From Laetmonice hystrix (lineage: Eukaryota), in assembly GCA_965235115.1 (NCBI GenBank), contig OZ249436.1, forward strand, positions 20,152,001-20,216,000: 64,000 bases of DNA, read 5' to 3'. A program made the position numbers and the translations under genes. The notes below the pieces were generated by a model, which had not been told where the DNA came from, did no database searches, and was given only the letters and a program-made list of their open reading frames with translations. Numbering within the stretch: the stretch's first letter is position 1; each line of letters begins with the position of its first letter. Positions 48,169-60,010 of the stretch are shown in pieces.

Positions 48169-51100
48169 GTATTGTGTGTAGCAGGATTCTGCAGAGTAAA
48201 AACCGTATTACCGTACACCCAATTTGACTTTGAGACACAAATAAAACCAACCCTATAGCCTGCCCCTAACCCTAACCCAAGCATTAATTTGTTTGGATTC
48301 AGTAATCAATCAAACAAACATCTTATGTAGCTTTTTGCCAGCTAAATATAAACTGCCGAGGCTATAGTTTAATACATAATACAGGTATCATTTTGATCAG
48401 GAAATTGGTAGATTTTGCTGCACAGGGTCAGTAGAAACACTATCCATTTATTAATACAATGCATGGCCATTATACAAATAAATATTGTAATATTTAGTCC
48501 TGTCGAGGTGGCAAGGTATACATGTCTCCCAACTCCATTGACTCACAGTCTCTTGTGTATGATGGAAATGGACAAATGTGTGGCCTTTTATATGTCATAT
48601 TAAATTTAATTTAAATGTCATGATTGCTTACTTTTTGTACAGGAACACAAAGGAGCAAGTCTGGCAAGCTGCTTGTGTCATCTGGAGGCAGATTGGAGGT
48701 GGTTTGTAACAAGGATGGCAATTACCAGGTGTTAGTTGATGACCAGATTTGGCTCACAAGTGCCCCGCCCTATTTCCAGGTGAGCTCTTGTCTTAGCTAT
48801 AAGTTCTGCAGAGACACCTGACTTTCTATGTCAAATTTAAGTTGCCGTCTCCCATATCATAAGGGTTTCTGAAAGTGTCAGCTTTTGTTTTTGAGGGATT
48901 GGCTCTAGGGGCAGAGGGAATATTTATGGATAATCCTTAAGTAAACTGGCTTTACAATTTAGAGGTGCCTATGTTATGTTTTTAATTGTAAATGCTGTAC
49001 ATACCCCGGTATGTTATATTCACAGGCGAATGGTTACAAATATGGTACACGTGATGGGAGTCTCATTCTGGCAGGTTTGTCACCCATCTCAGGAACAGAT
49101 CGAGTGGGACCCTGGAGTGGTGTCGCATTTGACTATCTTGCAGGACAAACTCCCATTAGAACATCACTTAGAGGTTACAGGAATGTACCTGCAGTGGTTT
49201 TTGGCCAGGTATGTGGTAGCTTTGTTTTTGTTTAAGATTAAAATACCATCTTGAAATCTGGTTCACAAACTGAAACTTATATATAGCCTTTTATAAGTCC
49301 AAAAACAAACAAGTTTGTGGATGTTCTGGAGCATTTCTACACCTGATTACAGGTAGATAAGACACATGTTATCTGATTGCTTTTTAGGAGTTCCCAAAAG
49401 GCGCCAATGGCACGAGTATAGGACGAAGAAATGTCACATTGTCTGTTTTTCCCAACTTTAAAGTGGGTGGATCGGAAATTGATTTAGGTTATCTAGCTTA
49501 TGGCGATAAGTTTGTTGGTGATATGGACAAAACAATTGGAAGGTGTGTATGAAATTTGCATCAGGTATTTTTAAGAATTTGGCTTAAAGTTGATAAGAAG
49601 GTAGGACACTTATGAAAAAATGTGGAGATAAATAGGCATGGCCTGATGATAAGGGTATTACAAAGTTCAAGGCACATGCACAAGCATGGTCTTACTTATA
49701 AAACATCCTAACTAAAAGGATCAAATGTTACTTGACTAGATCTATGCTGACAACCTCAGGAGTAAAGCCTTGACTGCTATTAAAAATTAGTTATGAATGA
49801 TAAATAAAAAGTTACAAAAACTAAAGGAAGCTGCAAGAACCTCAATATTTAAGAAACGTACAATAGTTAGCCAATTGCGAAGCAAACCTATAACTATGAC
49901 TCGCTCCATTTCCCTGAGACATGACCTTAGCTTTGTGTTTGTTGTGATGTCTGTTACAGGTGGGGCAGTCCTTGGACACGGCTCAATGATGGCATTGATG
50001 GTGGGCCTCTCATTCTGTTTGACAAGGAGACGAACGCTCTTGTCATGTCCCCCTTCAACTCCTTCATGGTCGCGTCTCCGTTCTTTGATCGAAATAATAG
50101 TTATTACGGATGGGGAATAACTGGTGAAGTTGAGATGTTGCCACCAAACTACAAACTTGAGACGATACTGTTCTACAGTGATCAAGGCATTCGGCAGGTA
50201 TGGTAAATGATTGATTTTAGATGATACTATCTCCTTTTGCTTGTTTCAAATAAAAATAAAATGTGCCAAAGATTCATACCTGGTAGTGATAAAGCACTTC
50301 TAATGTAGCACTTTCATAGTAAGATTTGTTATCTATAAATGTCAGTAAGCATGCACTGTGAAGACCTGTTATGTCCAGACTTTACCTTGCAGGCAATGTC
50401 AGAATGGGGAGTGGCAATGCGAAGGCTTTATAAAAAGACTGCAAGTCTGCGAAATGGCGATTTCACAAATAATTATCTGAGCTACTGGACAGATAATGGT
50501 AGAATCTGTGTTTCCATATGCCCCACTCTATATTATTAGCATTGAAGGTAAAATGTATAAAGTTACCAGGCCTTTAGTTATGATTTTCTGTCATCCGTAC
50601 CATAGATTCTGTCTACCAGAGTAAAATAAACCATCTCCTTAATGCATTGTAAATGATGAGGAACGTCCTGTTTTATATGTTTCACCCCATTGTCCATGGG
50701 CATTGTGCGGATGTGTTTACTATACGTAATTTGATGTAAAGAAATGCAGTCTGTTATACTGGTGCATTGTAGCTAGGGATACTCAAATATTTTGGTATTG
50801 AATGACTCCTGGCAGTGCTTCCCTCTACATTGTATTGTGATATTCTTGAAAATGATACATATTTCAGGTGCTTTTTACGTCAATTACTATGTGAGTGATT
50901 TTCTCATTCAAAACATGACGTATGAGAAGGCGCTCCTGCGTTACACAGATTTTGCAAAACAGATCAACATTCCGTACAGGTTTGATATTACATTTAGTCT
51001 TAATAGAAGTACATAATGTAATCTCCTTTAACATCAGTTTAACTTTTAATTCTAATTTAATTCTAATTTGATTCTGCTGTTGTAGGTACTGATGAGGGTA

Positions 51101-54100
51101 CAATGCATGTATAGTTTAGGATGGCAAGACTTTTCCATAACATTTTTACTGCCTGGGGTGAACTTTCCTGAAACCTGTCTGCTTTAAGCGATCAAACTTA
51201 TTTTAGGAAATACAATTGGTAAAATGTGTATACGGTATGTGGTGTGATATAAAAGACACATGATGAATGTTACAAAGTCATTATATCAAGAGTGTTATGT
51301 AGCAGGGGTGAAGGGTACATTTGTCTATTCTGTACTTGCAGATCCATACAGTATTCTGTTTGGTATCAGACATATGGGGGCACGTATGGGGGGACTACCC
51401 TTTGGAAATCAAATCCTAAGATGTTGCCAAACGGCATGGCGTAAGTAATGCACATAATTTAACACTACACATCTCATATAAGAATGTAAATCTTTATATA
51501 GTCTTCACCTATTCAAAATTATGAGTGTTTTATTCACTTCAGCTGTAAAGTTGAACATTATTTTAATGGCATAAAGAAATGTCTCTTCGTGACTGGCCTG
51601 TCTGCTCTGTCGCTCATTTTGCTTGATTGTGACCTCTATGTTAGATTTATGAGGGACAGGACTCGACTTTCAAGTACTTCACATAATAGATGGTGGTAAG
51701 TTTGGCCTAGCTTATAGTCATGCGGCATGAGCTTTCCTGTTCAACATTTGTGATGATATGGATAGTCCATGATAAAGAATAACCACAACATTATAAAGAA
51801 ATCAAGAACTCTAGATAGATGTTTAAGACACTTGTGTTATTTAAGACAAAATATTTTCTAAGCCTTCATATAATAGAGAAAATAACGATGTTATAATCTT
51901 CAGGACAATGTTTGGTTGGTGTTTGGTTTCATTGAAATGCATTGGACATGTTTTGTTTGCAGAAGTAAAGTTTCAGCAATCTTTTGGATTGATGTTTTGA
52001 ATTTATAGGTCTTCCAAAACGCCATATGCAAAACAGAATGGTGGGAAATACAATTTCATCATTGAAAAGAAATATGCGCTGCCACAGGATGAAAATTTCT
52101 GGACAGACCTGTTTGCAGTTTCTCAGAACTGGGGCATCAAGAATTACATGCAGGTAAGAAATGTGTAAATTTCTCTCACCAGATCGACCCTGGAACCAAA
52201 ATATGAAAAATAATGTACAAACTTCCATAAAATAGGACTGGTTGCAACTGCCAATGGAGCTGATGAACGCCACAAACCGTGACGTGTACGTGGCTGCCAA
52301 CTGGTTGAATCAGATGGGGCTCGGAGCGGAGAAAAACGGCATCACCATCCAGTACTGCATGTCTCTCAGCCGTCATATTCTACAGAGTCTGATGATTCCA
52401 GCTGTCACTCAGGTTGGTGGCCTCTGTCCTTACGGTCGGCGACAATTGTGGAGTCGTGTGGATCAAAACAGCCCCTTAAATGTCAACCAATACTGCCACA
52501 AAACTTGACTGTAGGCTCAGATTAACGTTTATAAACTCACCAAAAGATTAGGAGTGTATTTCAAACGGAGTGATTTATGCAAATATTCACGTAAATATCT
52601 GCTTGTCGACCTCTCCTGTCTACACATAGGCTTTCCACTATATCCACCAGATGTCGTTGCTGTTGGAGCTGACTGGATTCCAAAGCTGTCTCCTGTATGA
52701 ATTAACCAAATGAAAAATTTAGAAACAAAAAGCACTGAAATAAAATCCTCTATATTTTTCAGTATGTTGTATATTTGAGAGGTTTTCTAGTCTGTATTCA
52801 TAGCAGATTATAAGTGTTTAGATATACCCCGGTACAGTATGCAAATGCCTACAAAATGCTGTATGCTGACATCCAATGTCTTGAGGTGTAAGCCTCCTGT
52901 CATGCAGCCAGTGTACTTTATATTACAATGCCTTGCATCCTGACCTTGTCTAGGCCAGAGCGAGTGATGACTACCAGCCCAGTCCTGATTACTCTTATGA
53001 ACAATGGAGGATAGGCATCACATCAATGTTTGCTGATGCTGTTGGGTTGGCACCATTCAAAGATACATTCTGGACGACCTCGGACCAGCCAGGCAATTTT
53101 TACAAAGGTATTATAGATCAGTTACTAACGTCCAGGACACAGCCCTGTATAAAGGTATGCAGGGAGTGAGTTGTGTACTTGGACTGAGTTACTGTATGAG
53201 TGGGTGAAAAGTGACAGAAAATAACGACCGTTTGTCAGACTTTGAACCCAAGAGTATAGGAAATCTATGTAGTTTATTGAAACAGGAAAGAAATGTGTGT
53301 GTTTTGTTTGTTATGGGTGAGCAAGAAAACCGTTCTGGCTTACCCTCGTGGTACATAGTAGGTCTGAAGGAATATAACTTATGCAACACATGCATGTATG
53401 AGTAATATGATTTTGATAATTGTAGGTCGGGATCCTTACGTGGAACTGCAGTCTCTTGTGGCATCTTTGTCAACTGGTCCCGTTGGGCCGGGCGATATGA
53501 TCAATGGTACCAACAGAACATTGTTAATGAGGTATGAAAACACCAACCATACGAAATCTTTAACAGGGAACTCAAACTACTTGTTGCCAGCAAATACACA
53601 AGACTTGCGTTCTTGTTGAAAGGTTTTCATTCTTATAAATTGATTAAAGTGATAAGTACAGCTCATGTATATTTCAGCTTTTCCTTTTCACTTTTTTTTC
53701 TCACCTAGATGTTGTAATGAAGACGGACTTATACTGAAGCCATCACGCCCTGCCTTTCCCGTAGACGACCAGCTCATCCAGGTAGGCTCTGTCTGAGGCC
53801 TTCGTGTCCATTTGATCCTTGCCACGTATGAATGTATCTTTTCATTACTCGTAATGAACAGCATGAGTTGGTAGGCCCATAACGCTAACATACCACAATG
53901 CAGTGGTGTGATTTTCTGAGCTGTGAACTGATGTCTTCACCATATTTCTATGGTTCAGACTGCCTTTGGAGGTCTGAATGGTCCAGCAGGCGAAGTGTGG
54001 ACCACTTTCTCTGACATCGGAACCTACAGGTTTGGTATCATATTCGGGGCAGCCATGGACGACAGTAACACGTATGCGCTGGGACCCAAACAAGCAGGCT

Positions 54101-54778
54101 TTGGACAAAAGGTAACTTTACTGCCGGAAAACAACCTTAAATCCACATGTGAAGTATTGTGATGAATTGTAACGTGAAATGCCGGTACAGTCAAACTACT
54201 CACCGACTTATGTTTACAATTTTTTTGTAAGTCATGAAATGCCTTTAGACATCTTTCCATTGCTGAGAGGACTTCTGTGTACATCTGATTGTTTCTTTAC
54301 AATTTTCAACTATAACTTTTACTGAACCACTTTTACTGAACCACAGTTGAGAACAGTTCGTAGGTAAATGGAGGTATAATTTATGTTTTATCCTTTGTAG
54401 TTTGCTCGGAGTCGTGTGTACAGTTTCCGGGATCCGCCCTCCGCGTTACTGCCTGAGTTTAGCGACTCTCACCCAGTTACACTAACGAGTGGATGCAGCC
54501 GCGGTCACTTCTGCCTTTTCTACACATCACCAATATTTTACTTCCGTGGTAACGAGGTTATCATTTTGGGTGAGTTGTCCAAATGGATTCCAGTGTCCCC
54601 AAACAGGGTGACTGACATCTCTTATGACGAGGATGACTTTTCTGTTACCCTGGCAGGAGCGGTGGGTGAGATGGTCTCATTCAGTGCTCTATACCATGGA
54701 ACGTATCTACAGTTTTATTGTGTCATATCAGAAGCTGGCTTTGCTACAATTAGCTTCAAAGACACTGCATGTCATTAG
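48099..54778 (+). CDS. Uncharacterised secreted glycoside hydrolase, clan GH-D / GH36 (raffinose synthase/Sip1-like), about 778 aa
   Basis: Exons 48099-48168, 48643-48779, 49026-49208, 49388-49542, 49960-50197, 50393-50498, 50868-50979, 51342-51440, 51645-51695, 52009-52153, 52236-52412, 52954-53107, 53426-53531, 53709-53781, 53959-54111, 54401-54778 (2337 nt, all GT-AG, phases consistent, no internal stop). Signal peptide; motifs LSYWTDNG, HNRWW, YMQDWL, YCMS, RASDDYQP, PFKDTFWT, LSTGPVGPGD, DGLILKPSRP; several N-x-S/T sequons. The gene model is strong; the family call is inferred from motif similarity. Confidence 0.85.
48643..48779 (+). CDS. GH-like gene exon 2
   Basis: TQRSKSGKLL...DGNYQVLVDDQIWLTSAPPYFQ. 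Confidence 0.85.
49026..49208 (+). CDS. GH-like gene exon 3
   Basis: ANGYKYGTRDGSL...GTDRVGPW...AVVFGQ. Confidence 0.87.
49388..49542 (+). CDS. GH-like gene exon 4
   Basis: EFPKGANGTSIG...SVFPNF...LGYLAYG. Confidence 0.87.
49960..50197 (+). CDS. GH-like gene exon 5
   Basis: WGSPW...GGPLILFD...VMSPFNSFM...WGITGEV...GIRQ. Confidence 0.87.
50393..50498 (+). CDS. GH-like gene exon 6
   Basis: AMSEWGVAMRRLYKK...DFTNNYLSYWTDNG. Confidence 0.88.
50868..50979 (+). CDS. GH-like gene exon 7
   Basis: AFYVNYY...NMTYEKALL...IPYR. Confidence 0.87.
51342..51440 (+). CDS. GH-like gene exon 8
   Basis: SIQYSVWYQTYGGTYGGTTLWKSNPKMLPNGM. Confidence 0.82.
51645..51695 (+). CDS. GH-like gene exon 9
   Basis: FMRDRTRLSSTSHNRWW; tag/gtaag borders. 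Confidence 0.82.
52009..52153 (+). CDS. GH-like gene exon 10
   Basis: SSKTPYAKQNGGKYNF...FWTDLF...WGIKNYMQ. Confidence 0.88.
52236..52412 (+). CDS. GH-like gene exon 11
   Basis: DWL...WLNQMG...IQYCMSLSRHILQSL..PAVTQ. Confidence 0.88.
52954..53107 (+). CDS. GH-like gene exon 12
   Basis: ARASDDYQP...QWRIGITSMFADAVGLAPFKDTFWT. Confidence 0.88.
53426..53531 (+). CDS. GH-like gene exon 13
   Basis: RDPYVELQSLVASLSTGPVGPGDMINGTNRTLLMR. Confidence 0.88.
53709..53781 (+). CDS. GH-like gene exon 14
   Basis: CCNEDGLILKPSRPAFPVDDQLIQ. Confidence 0.88.
53959..54111 (+). CDS. GH-like gene exon 15
   Basis: TAFGGLNGPAGEVWTTFSDIG...GFGQK. Confidence 0.87.
54401..54778 (+). CDS. GH-like gene last exon
   Basis: FARSRVYSF...ILGELSKWIPVSPNRV...DTACH*. 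Confidence 0.88.
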   Translation, partial: FARSRVYSFRDPPSALLPEFSDSHPVTLTSGCSRGHFCLFYTSPIFYFRGNEVIILGELSKWIPVSPNRVTDISYDEDDFSVTLAGAVGEMVSFSALYHGTYLQFYCVISEAGFATISFKDTACH

Positions 54779-54820
54779 ATGACACTGCATGCCATTAGGT
54801 GACACGGCATGTCATTAGAT
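54761..54820. repeat. 20-bp tandem triplication spanning the GH-like stop codon
   Basis: GACACTGCATGTCATTAGAT / GACACTGCATGCCATTAGGT / GACACGGCATGTCATTAGAT. Confidence 0.85.
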
Positions 54821-56134
54821 GCATATCGGAACCCTGTATATGCTGTGAGATCTTTTGTTTTCATTGAAAAGGATATTAAGTCAAAATATATTGGTAATCC
54901 GTGACGCCGCCCATATTGATTACAAATGTTCATGCTTTCATTGCATGATAAACTTCAATAATGAACAGTGATAAACTGATGACAGTATGACATGTATATT
55001 CATATTTTTACCAAGTGAAGTGTGATCTTCAGTTGGAAGAAATTTGTTTTTTATTATTTGTTTTTGAGCTTATCTAAAGAAATATTTTTTCGGTATACCT
55101 GAAGGTAGATTTTAAGCCTTTACCTACAACCTTTTATATGATATAGTTGTATATGTATATGTTGTACGCGGATCCTAAATAACATGTTTTAGAGGATGAT
55201 GTGTTCAATGCTTTAAGTGTTTTTACAGTGAGCTACAAACAATTCTTTATCACAGAATAAACTTTGTGACGATAGGGGGCGCTGCGGTATAACCTCGGTC
55301 AGGGCCGCGTCCCACTAGCGCCATCTATGGGCTCACCCTATATTCCTAAGTTTGTCCCATTTGTGCACATATTAACGTGCAGTGCAGTTTATTGTGTTAT
55401 GATACACACTGCCAGTGTATCCTGTCTATCCCTATATCAATCTTTGTATTTATAGGCCTACCCACAAATAATGTCAAGATGAAAATGTTGATTGTGATTT
55501 AGATGCTCATATTGGGAAAAACACGCAACAATTTTCACTCCTTCAATACTGGATACTACTATACTGGATGTTAATGTTGGATTGTACTGATACCTTGTGT
55601 AGAGTTGTATTAGTGACAAATTGTGGTAATCATACTGCACTTTTACACATACTACACTTAAAGTTCAAAACATTCCTATACACATGTATATATGATTTAC
55701 ATATAATGCCATAATTTACTCCTTCCTCAATTTGATATTTAGAAGTATAGCATCAATCAGTATAGCAGGAAGAAGCGAGGAAGAAGAATGTTTTTCTCAG
55801 GGCGAGTGCAAAGAGAGGGAGTGTACTTATTTCCTTAAATTTGAGGCCCATTTTGGTGGCTCTGGGATGATTTTTATTGGTTCCTTACCACTCGGCAAGA
55901 GGTGGAAGAAACCGGAGTACGCTCGGATCTGACCGCAGGTAACTTGAGAACGGAGTGAAGGCCAACGACTTTAATCACCACATGTTATTAATTTTGTAAA
56001 ATTACTCCTCCGTCGCTTTTTTTATATTGCCGTTAAAGTACGTCTGTATTGCATCTGGAACTAATGTACAAATGTATTTAGTGTAAAAATCATGCCGGCC
56101 TCTGTACACAAATTGTCCAAATTTACCCAGCCTG

Positions 56135-56288
56135 GGGCCCACTCACTAAAGGCTGGTTAATAACCAGATCGTTAAGTTAACATAGGAGTGAATGGAAGGC
56201 TGCTGGTTACAGTAACCAGCAGCCTTCCATTCACTGCTATGTTAACTTAACGATCTGGTTATTAACCAGCCTTTAGTGAGACGGGCCC
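56135..56288. mobile_element. Near-perfect 154-bp palindromic Harbinger-like MITE
   Basis: CTG|GGGCCC...GGCTGCTGGTTAC-A-GTAACCAGCAGCC...GGGCCC|CTG; arms are complementary almost to the central base; CTG TSD. Confidence 0.88.
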
Positions 56289-58726
56289 CTGGCAGATGAC
56301 GTAAGGAGGTACCGTAACATTCCTTGCCTTGTTGCTAGTTTGACCAGGGAAAATTGCATAGCACTCAAAGTTGGGGAGAAGTTAGGTAATTGACAGTGCC
56401 TTCTGTTTATCCATGTAAAGATAGAGCAAATATCAGGGTTTCCTGTAGGCCCGTTTTTTGTGGGGAAGAGATGCCCTAGTTTGCCCCAGTACTACTCCCC
56501 CCCCCCTCCAGTTTTCTGCCCCCCCCCCCCCCCCCCAAAGGTGAAATTCTCCAGGAAACTCTGGTAGGCCTACGTGTACTCGATATTTTAAGTCTCAATT
56601 GGAGGGTAATGGGTCAGCAAGACACAGAATCTGTTTTGGTCGCATCGACAATACTTGCATAGGGATTTATGTATTGTGAAAGGGCTCGTCTGTTGGTAGG
56701 ATAACATATCACCAGGCAGCAGTTTTTGACTATGGTGGGAGATATTGATTTGCAATGATTTAAATAAAGGAATTGCGTACCACCAGCGAAGCTTTAACAG
56801 TTTGTGCGCTAACATTTTTTACTCCTGCTGGATGAATTTTCAGCTTGCCTGAAAAAATAATGTAAAAACCATGCTAAATGAAAAAATAAAACTTGTCAGG
56901 TGCGAAAATGAGAAAACCATTCCAGAAATAGCTAATCAGTCTTAATGTTTCAGCTTTTAAGAACTGGACTGACCCGTGTTTTAATGTTATGAGTGGAGAA
57001 TCAGTTTTGCCTTGAAGATGGCGAAAACTTGCCGACAGCATGTAAAATCACAATACGACCATTACATCGATCGATCCCATGTAGGCTATGTATGTAAAAT
57101 AATTATGATAAATACGTTTTTTCAGTCAAGGAAGTAACTGACCTCATAATAGGCCTACATAAGTCGGCCGATGTATGATGTCATGTCAGCACGATTACCA
57201 TTTAGATGCACATGTGGTAACGTCATTTTCTGCAGAACTTCTTTCAATAATGGCAGCAAGATGCAAGTTGTGTATACCTACTAAACTAATCAAAGTTGGA
57301 CAAGAGTCGAATTTGAATTCACTGTGGAAGTGCGTAACCCAATGCGATGAAAGGCAAATTGTGTCCGGTTCGTGGTGCTCCCAAGTCACGTGACAAGACT
57401 AACGTTAAATTACAGAGCTGCGTGTACCAGAAAATGATTTGCGTTGTGAGGGGAGACATTGAAAGCAGATCCCAGGCTTGATCGACCTTAGACGTCTATC
57501 GTCTTTATCCAGCAGTTTAGTTCCACTTGTAAATACAATCTACTGAATCCGGCGCCGTTCCTTCCACTACATAGTGTATTCAACTCGCGTTAGTTTTGAA
57601 ATTTTTCGATCTCTGCATAATCATTACTGTACAACGAAAAAATGTACCGAACTAATGAATTGAGTGTAAAAGCCGCATAGTGTACCTATTGGCCCTTAAA
57701 CGCTCTTAAAGGGAGTTCGTGAAGACGGGATTCAGTTGATTTCGAATGAAATTGTAATGAAGGAGGGCTCATGGAAAGTCATGAAGCAGACGGCCTGCGT
57801 CTCGGCTTTCGATCAAGCTTGAACAGTTAGAAGTCTACCCTTGCCTACAGGGCACGGCATTATGTAGTCCACTAGGTACGCATATATTACGTAGCTCTAA
57901 TCCTAATTCCCGCTTTCTTCTTCCCCGTGGCTCCCAGGGAGAATAACCTTCAGAGGTCCCATTCAAATTAACCTGTCTATATCACTTTCAGAATGGCATA
58001 GATCTACCCATATACATGCCGAACCTTCTACACAGCACAGATTAGAATAGGCCTACTGAAGACTGACCAAATCGTCTGAAGTCGCAGAGTGGTGTTCATC
58101 CTAATGATGTTGTGTTGGACCCCCCCCCCCCCCCCCCCCCCCCCCCCCATTTTGATCCACTTAGGCCTACTCGTCACATAGCCCAGACGTTCACTACCGA
58201 CCGTTACTGCTTTGTATCCTTGCCTAGTGCTGTAGTCATGCAACATGATGAACGACGTGGATGTCCTGGCCCAGGCTATACCGTCAGCTGGTTGACTTTA
58301 GTGTCCACCCCGTCCACAGCCACCGAGGTGAGATTCAGGATATCTTAAATCATGCTACATTTTGTGATAGTGCCAATTGCAAGTGCCAAACGGTTCGTGA
58401 ATTGGCTATAGGTGCAAAACTATCATTACAGGACTTTGTCCCATGTGGGAGACAAGTCAAGCTATTCTGATCGCCCGGAAAGTGCTGTGGCCAACGAAGG
58501 TTGTCGTGAATGCCTGTGCCCATAAATCAAATAACGTATGTGGCAATAATTTCCTTTACATGAAACGATCAAAGAAGCCGGGGAAATACAGAAAGAAGAA
58601 TCGGGCGCATTGGTCGGTGGGTTTGGAAGAAATGGAGACACTGCGTTTACAGGCTCCATTCGAAGCCAGAGGTTATTTACGTTATAGCCAATTTCGCAAT
58701 TTGACATTTTTCGGTTGAAGCTATTA

Positions 58727-58971
58727 CGGAACCCCTACGGGGACATAGGTGGGCAAAAGATTGTTATTTCGTTCGGACGAAATTATTTCGAGGGAACGGA
58801 ATATATTTTTTCGTTCCCTGGAAATGATTTTGAGGGAACGAAATATGTTATTTTTGTTCCCACGAAATCAATTCGAGGTAACGTATTATGTTATTTCGTT
58901 CCCATGGAATGATTTCGAGGGAACGAAATAATGTATAACTTTTTGTACACTCTTGTCCCCTTAGGGCCACG
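58727..58971. mobile_element. TA-flanked MITE with internal (T)CGAGGGAACGAAAT repeats in both orientations
   Basis: TA|CGGAACCCCTACGGGGACA ... TGTCCCCTTAGGGCCACG|TA. Confidence 0.75.
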
Positions 58972-59803
58972 TACTGCTCTCTGTTTTCAGTCTTGTATTA
59001 TGAAGTTTGGTGTAGACCTATAGGCGTAAGGTCTCTGACATGGAGTAGTTCCACAGTTTATATCACAGCATATCGAATGAGCCGAGTAATTATGGACATC
59101 CTAATGGGCCAATCTGTTTCGGTTACCATCCCCAGGCCAAGCTCTGCGTGTCCTGTTCATTTACTTAGCAGTCCGTCCTCATCAGAGTGTGATATTTAGC
59201 GATGCCTGGTCTGTATCTGGTCTATATAGTCCAGGTCTGTGAACAGCATTTACCAGAAAAAGTTTTCCCCAATTCACATTGGAAAGCTGCGTCTAACGAA
59301 AAATCAACATTAGTGGACTTGGGATTGTTGTTTGGCTGAGCATTCCATTAGATAAAAATATCAGTGCAAGCCAGTTGAGATCAGTATAGAGATGGCAAGG
59401 GAAATATATCGATAAAATCAACCACAATATTTCAAGCAATGCAACTTTTTGTCCCCATGTAAAAATGAATACAATGGCATAGAGGTTGACTAAGAAAAAT
59501 ATAAAAAAAAGTGAATGTTATTCACCTTGAATCTCCAGGGCTTTGAATCTTAACGCTTAACGCTGGTCTGCTTATTGACACACTTCTGCAGCAGGGCTCT
59601 TCGGGTCAAAGACCCATGCACCCTCCACTGTATCTGTGTATCTGAGTTAATGGGGACCGCTATCTGGAAAATGAAAACTCTATACTAGTGTCTCTCATTT
59701 CAGTGTACAGACATTGGCCAGTGGCAGTGCTCGTTAGGTCAACATAGGTAACGGAATTGCCCCCGCTACCCCGGTTTCCGCGCCCTTATTCAAGAATCAG
59801 TAT

Positions 59804-60010
59804 CAGTGCATGGGGGATCCAGGGGGGCCTAGGGGGCCCGAGCCCCCCCCCCCTTAGATTTTCCTTTTTCTTTTATGGATGAAGCTGCATTAGTACAGTC
59901 AAAATAAAAGGCCGATCATAGCGAGGCAAAAGAAATTAGGTGGCCCCCCTTATCAAAACCTTTTAAAAATCCTGGTGGCCCCCCTTATAAAAATTCTGGA
60001 TCCCCCACTG
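59804..60010. mobile_element. CAGTGG(G)GGATCC-type MITE, diverged copy
   Basis: TGGGGGATCCAG ... CTGGATCCCCCACTG; internal duplicated GGTGGCCCCCCTTAT. Confidence 0.6.

Noticed and set aside
49787..50185. 132-aa minus-strand ORF and 107-aa plus-strand ORF
   Set aside because: Both are shadows of glycosidase exon 5, which uses a different frame fixed by splice phase.
58555..58718. KKPGKYRKKNRAHWS... resembling the N-terminus of a pogo/HTH-psq transposase
   Set aside because: The resemblance is short, no DDE domain could be traced, and it is too weak to call without a profile search.
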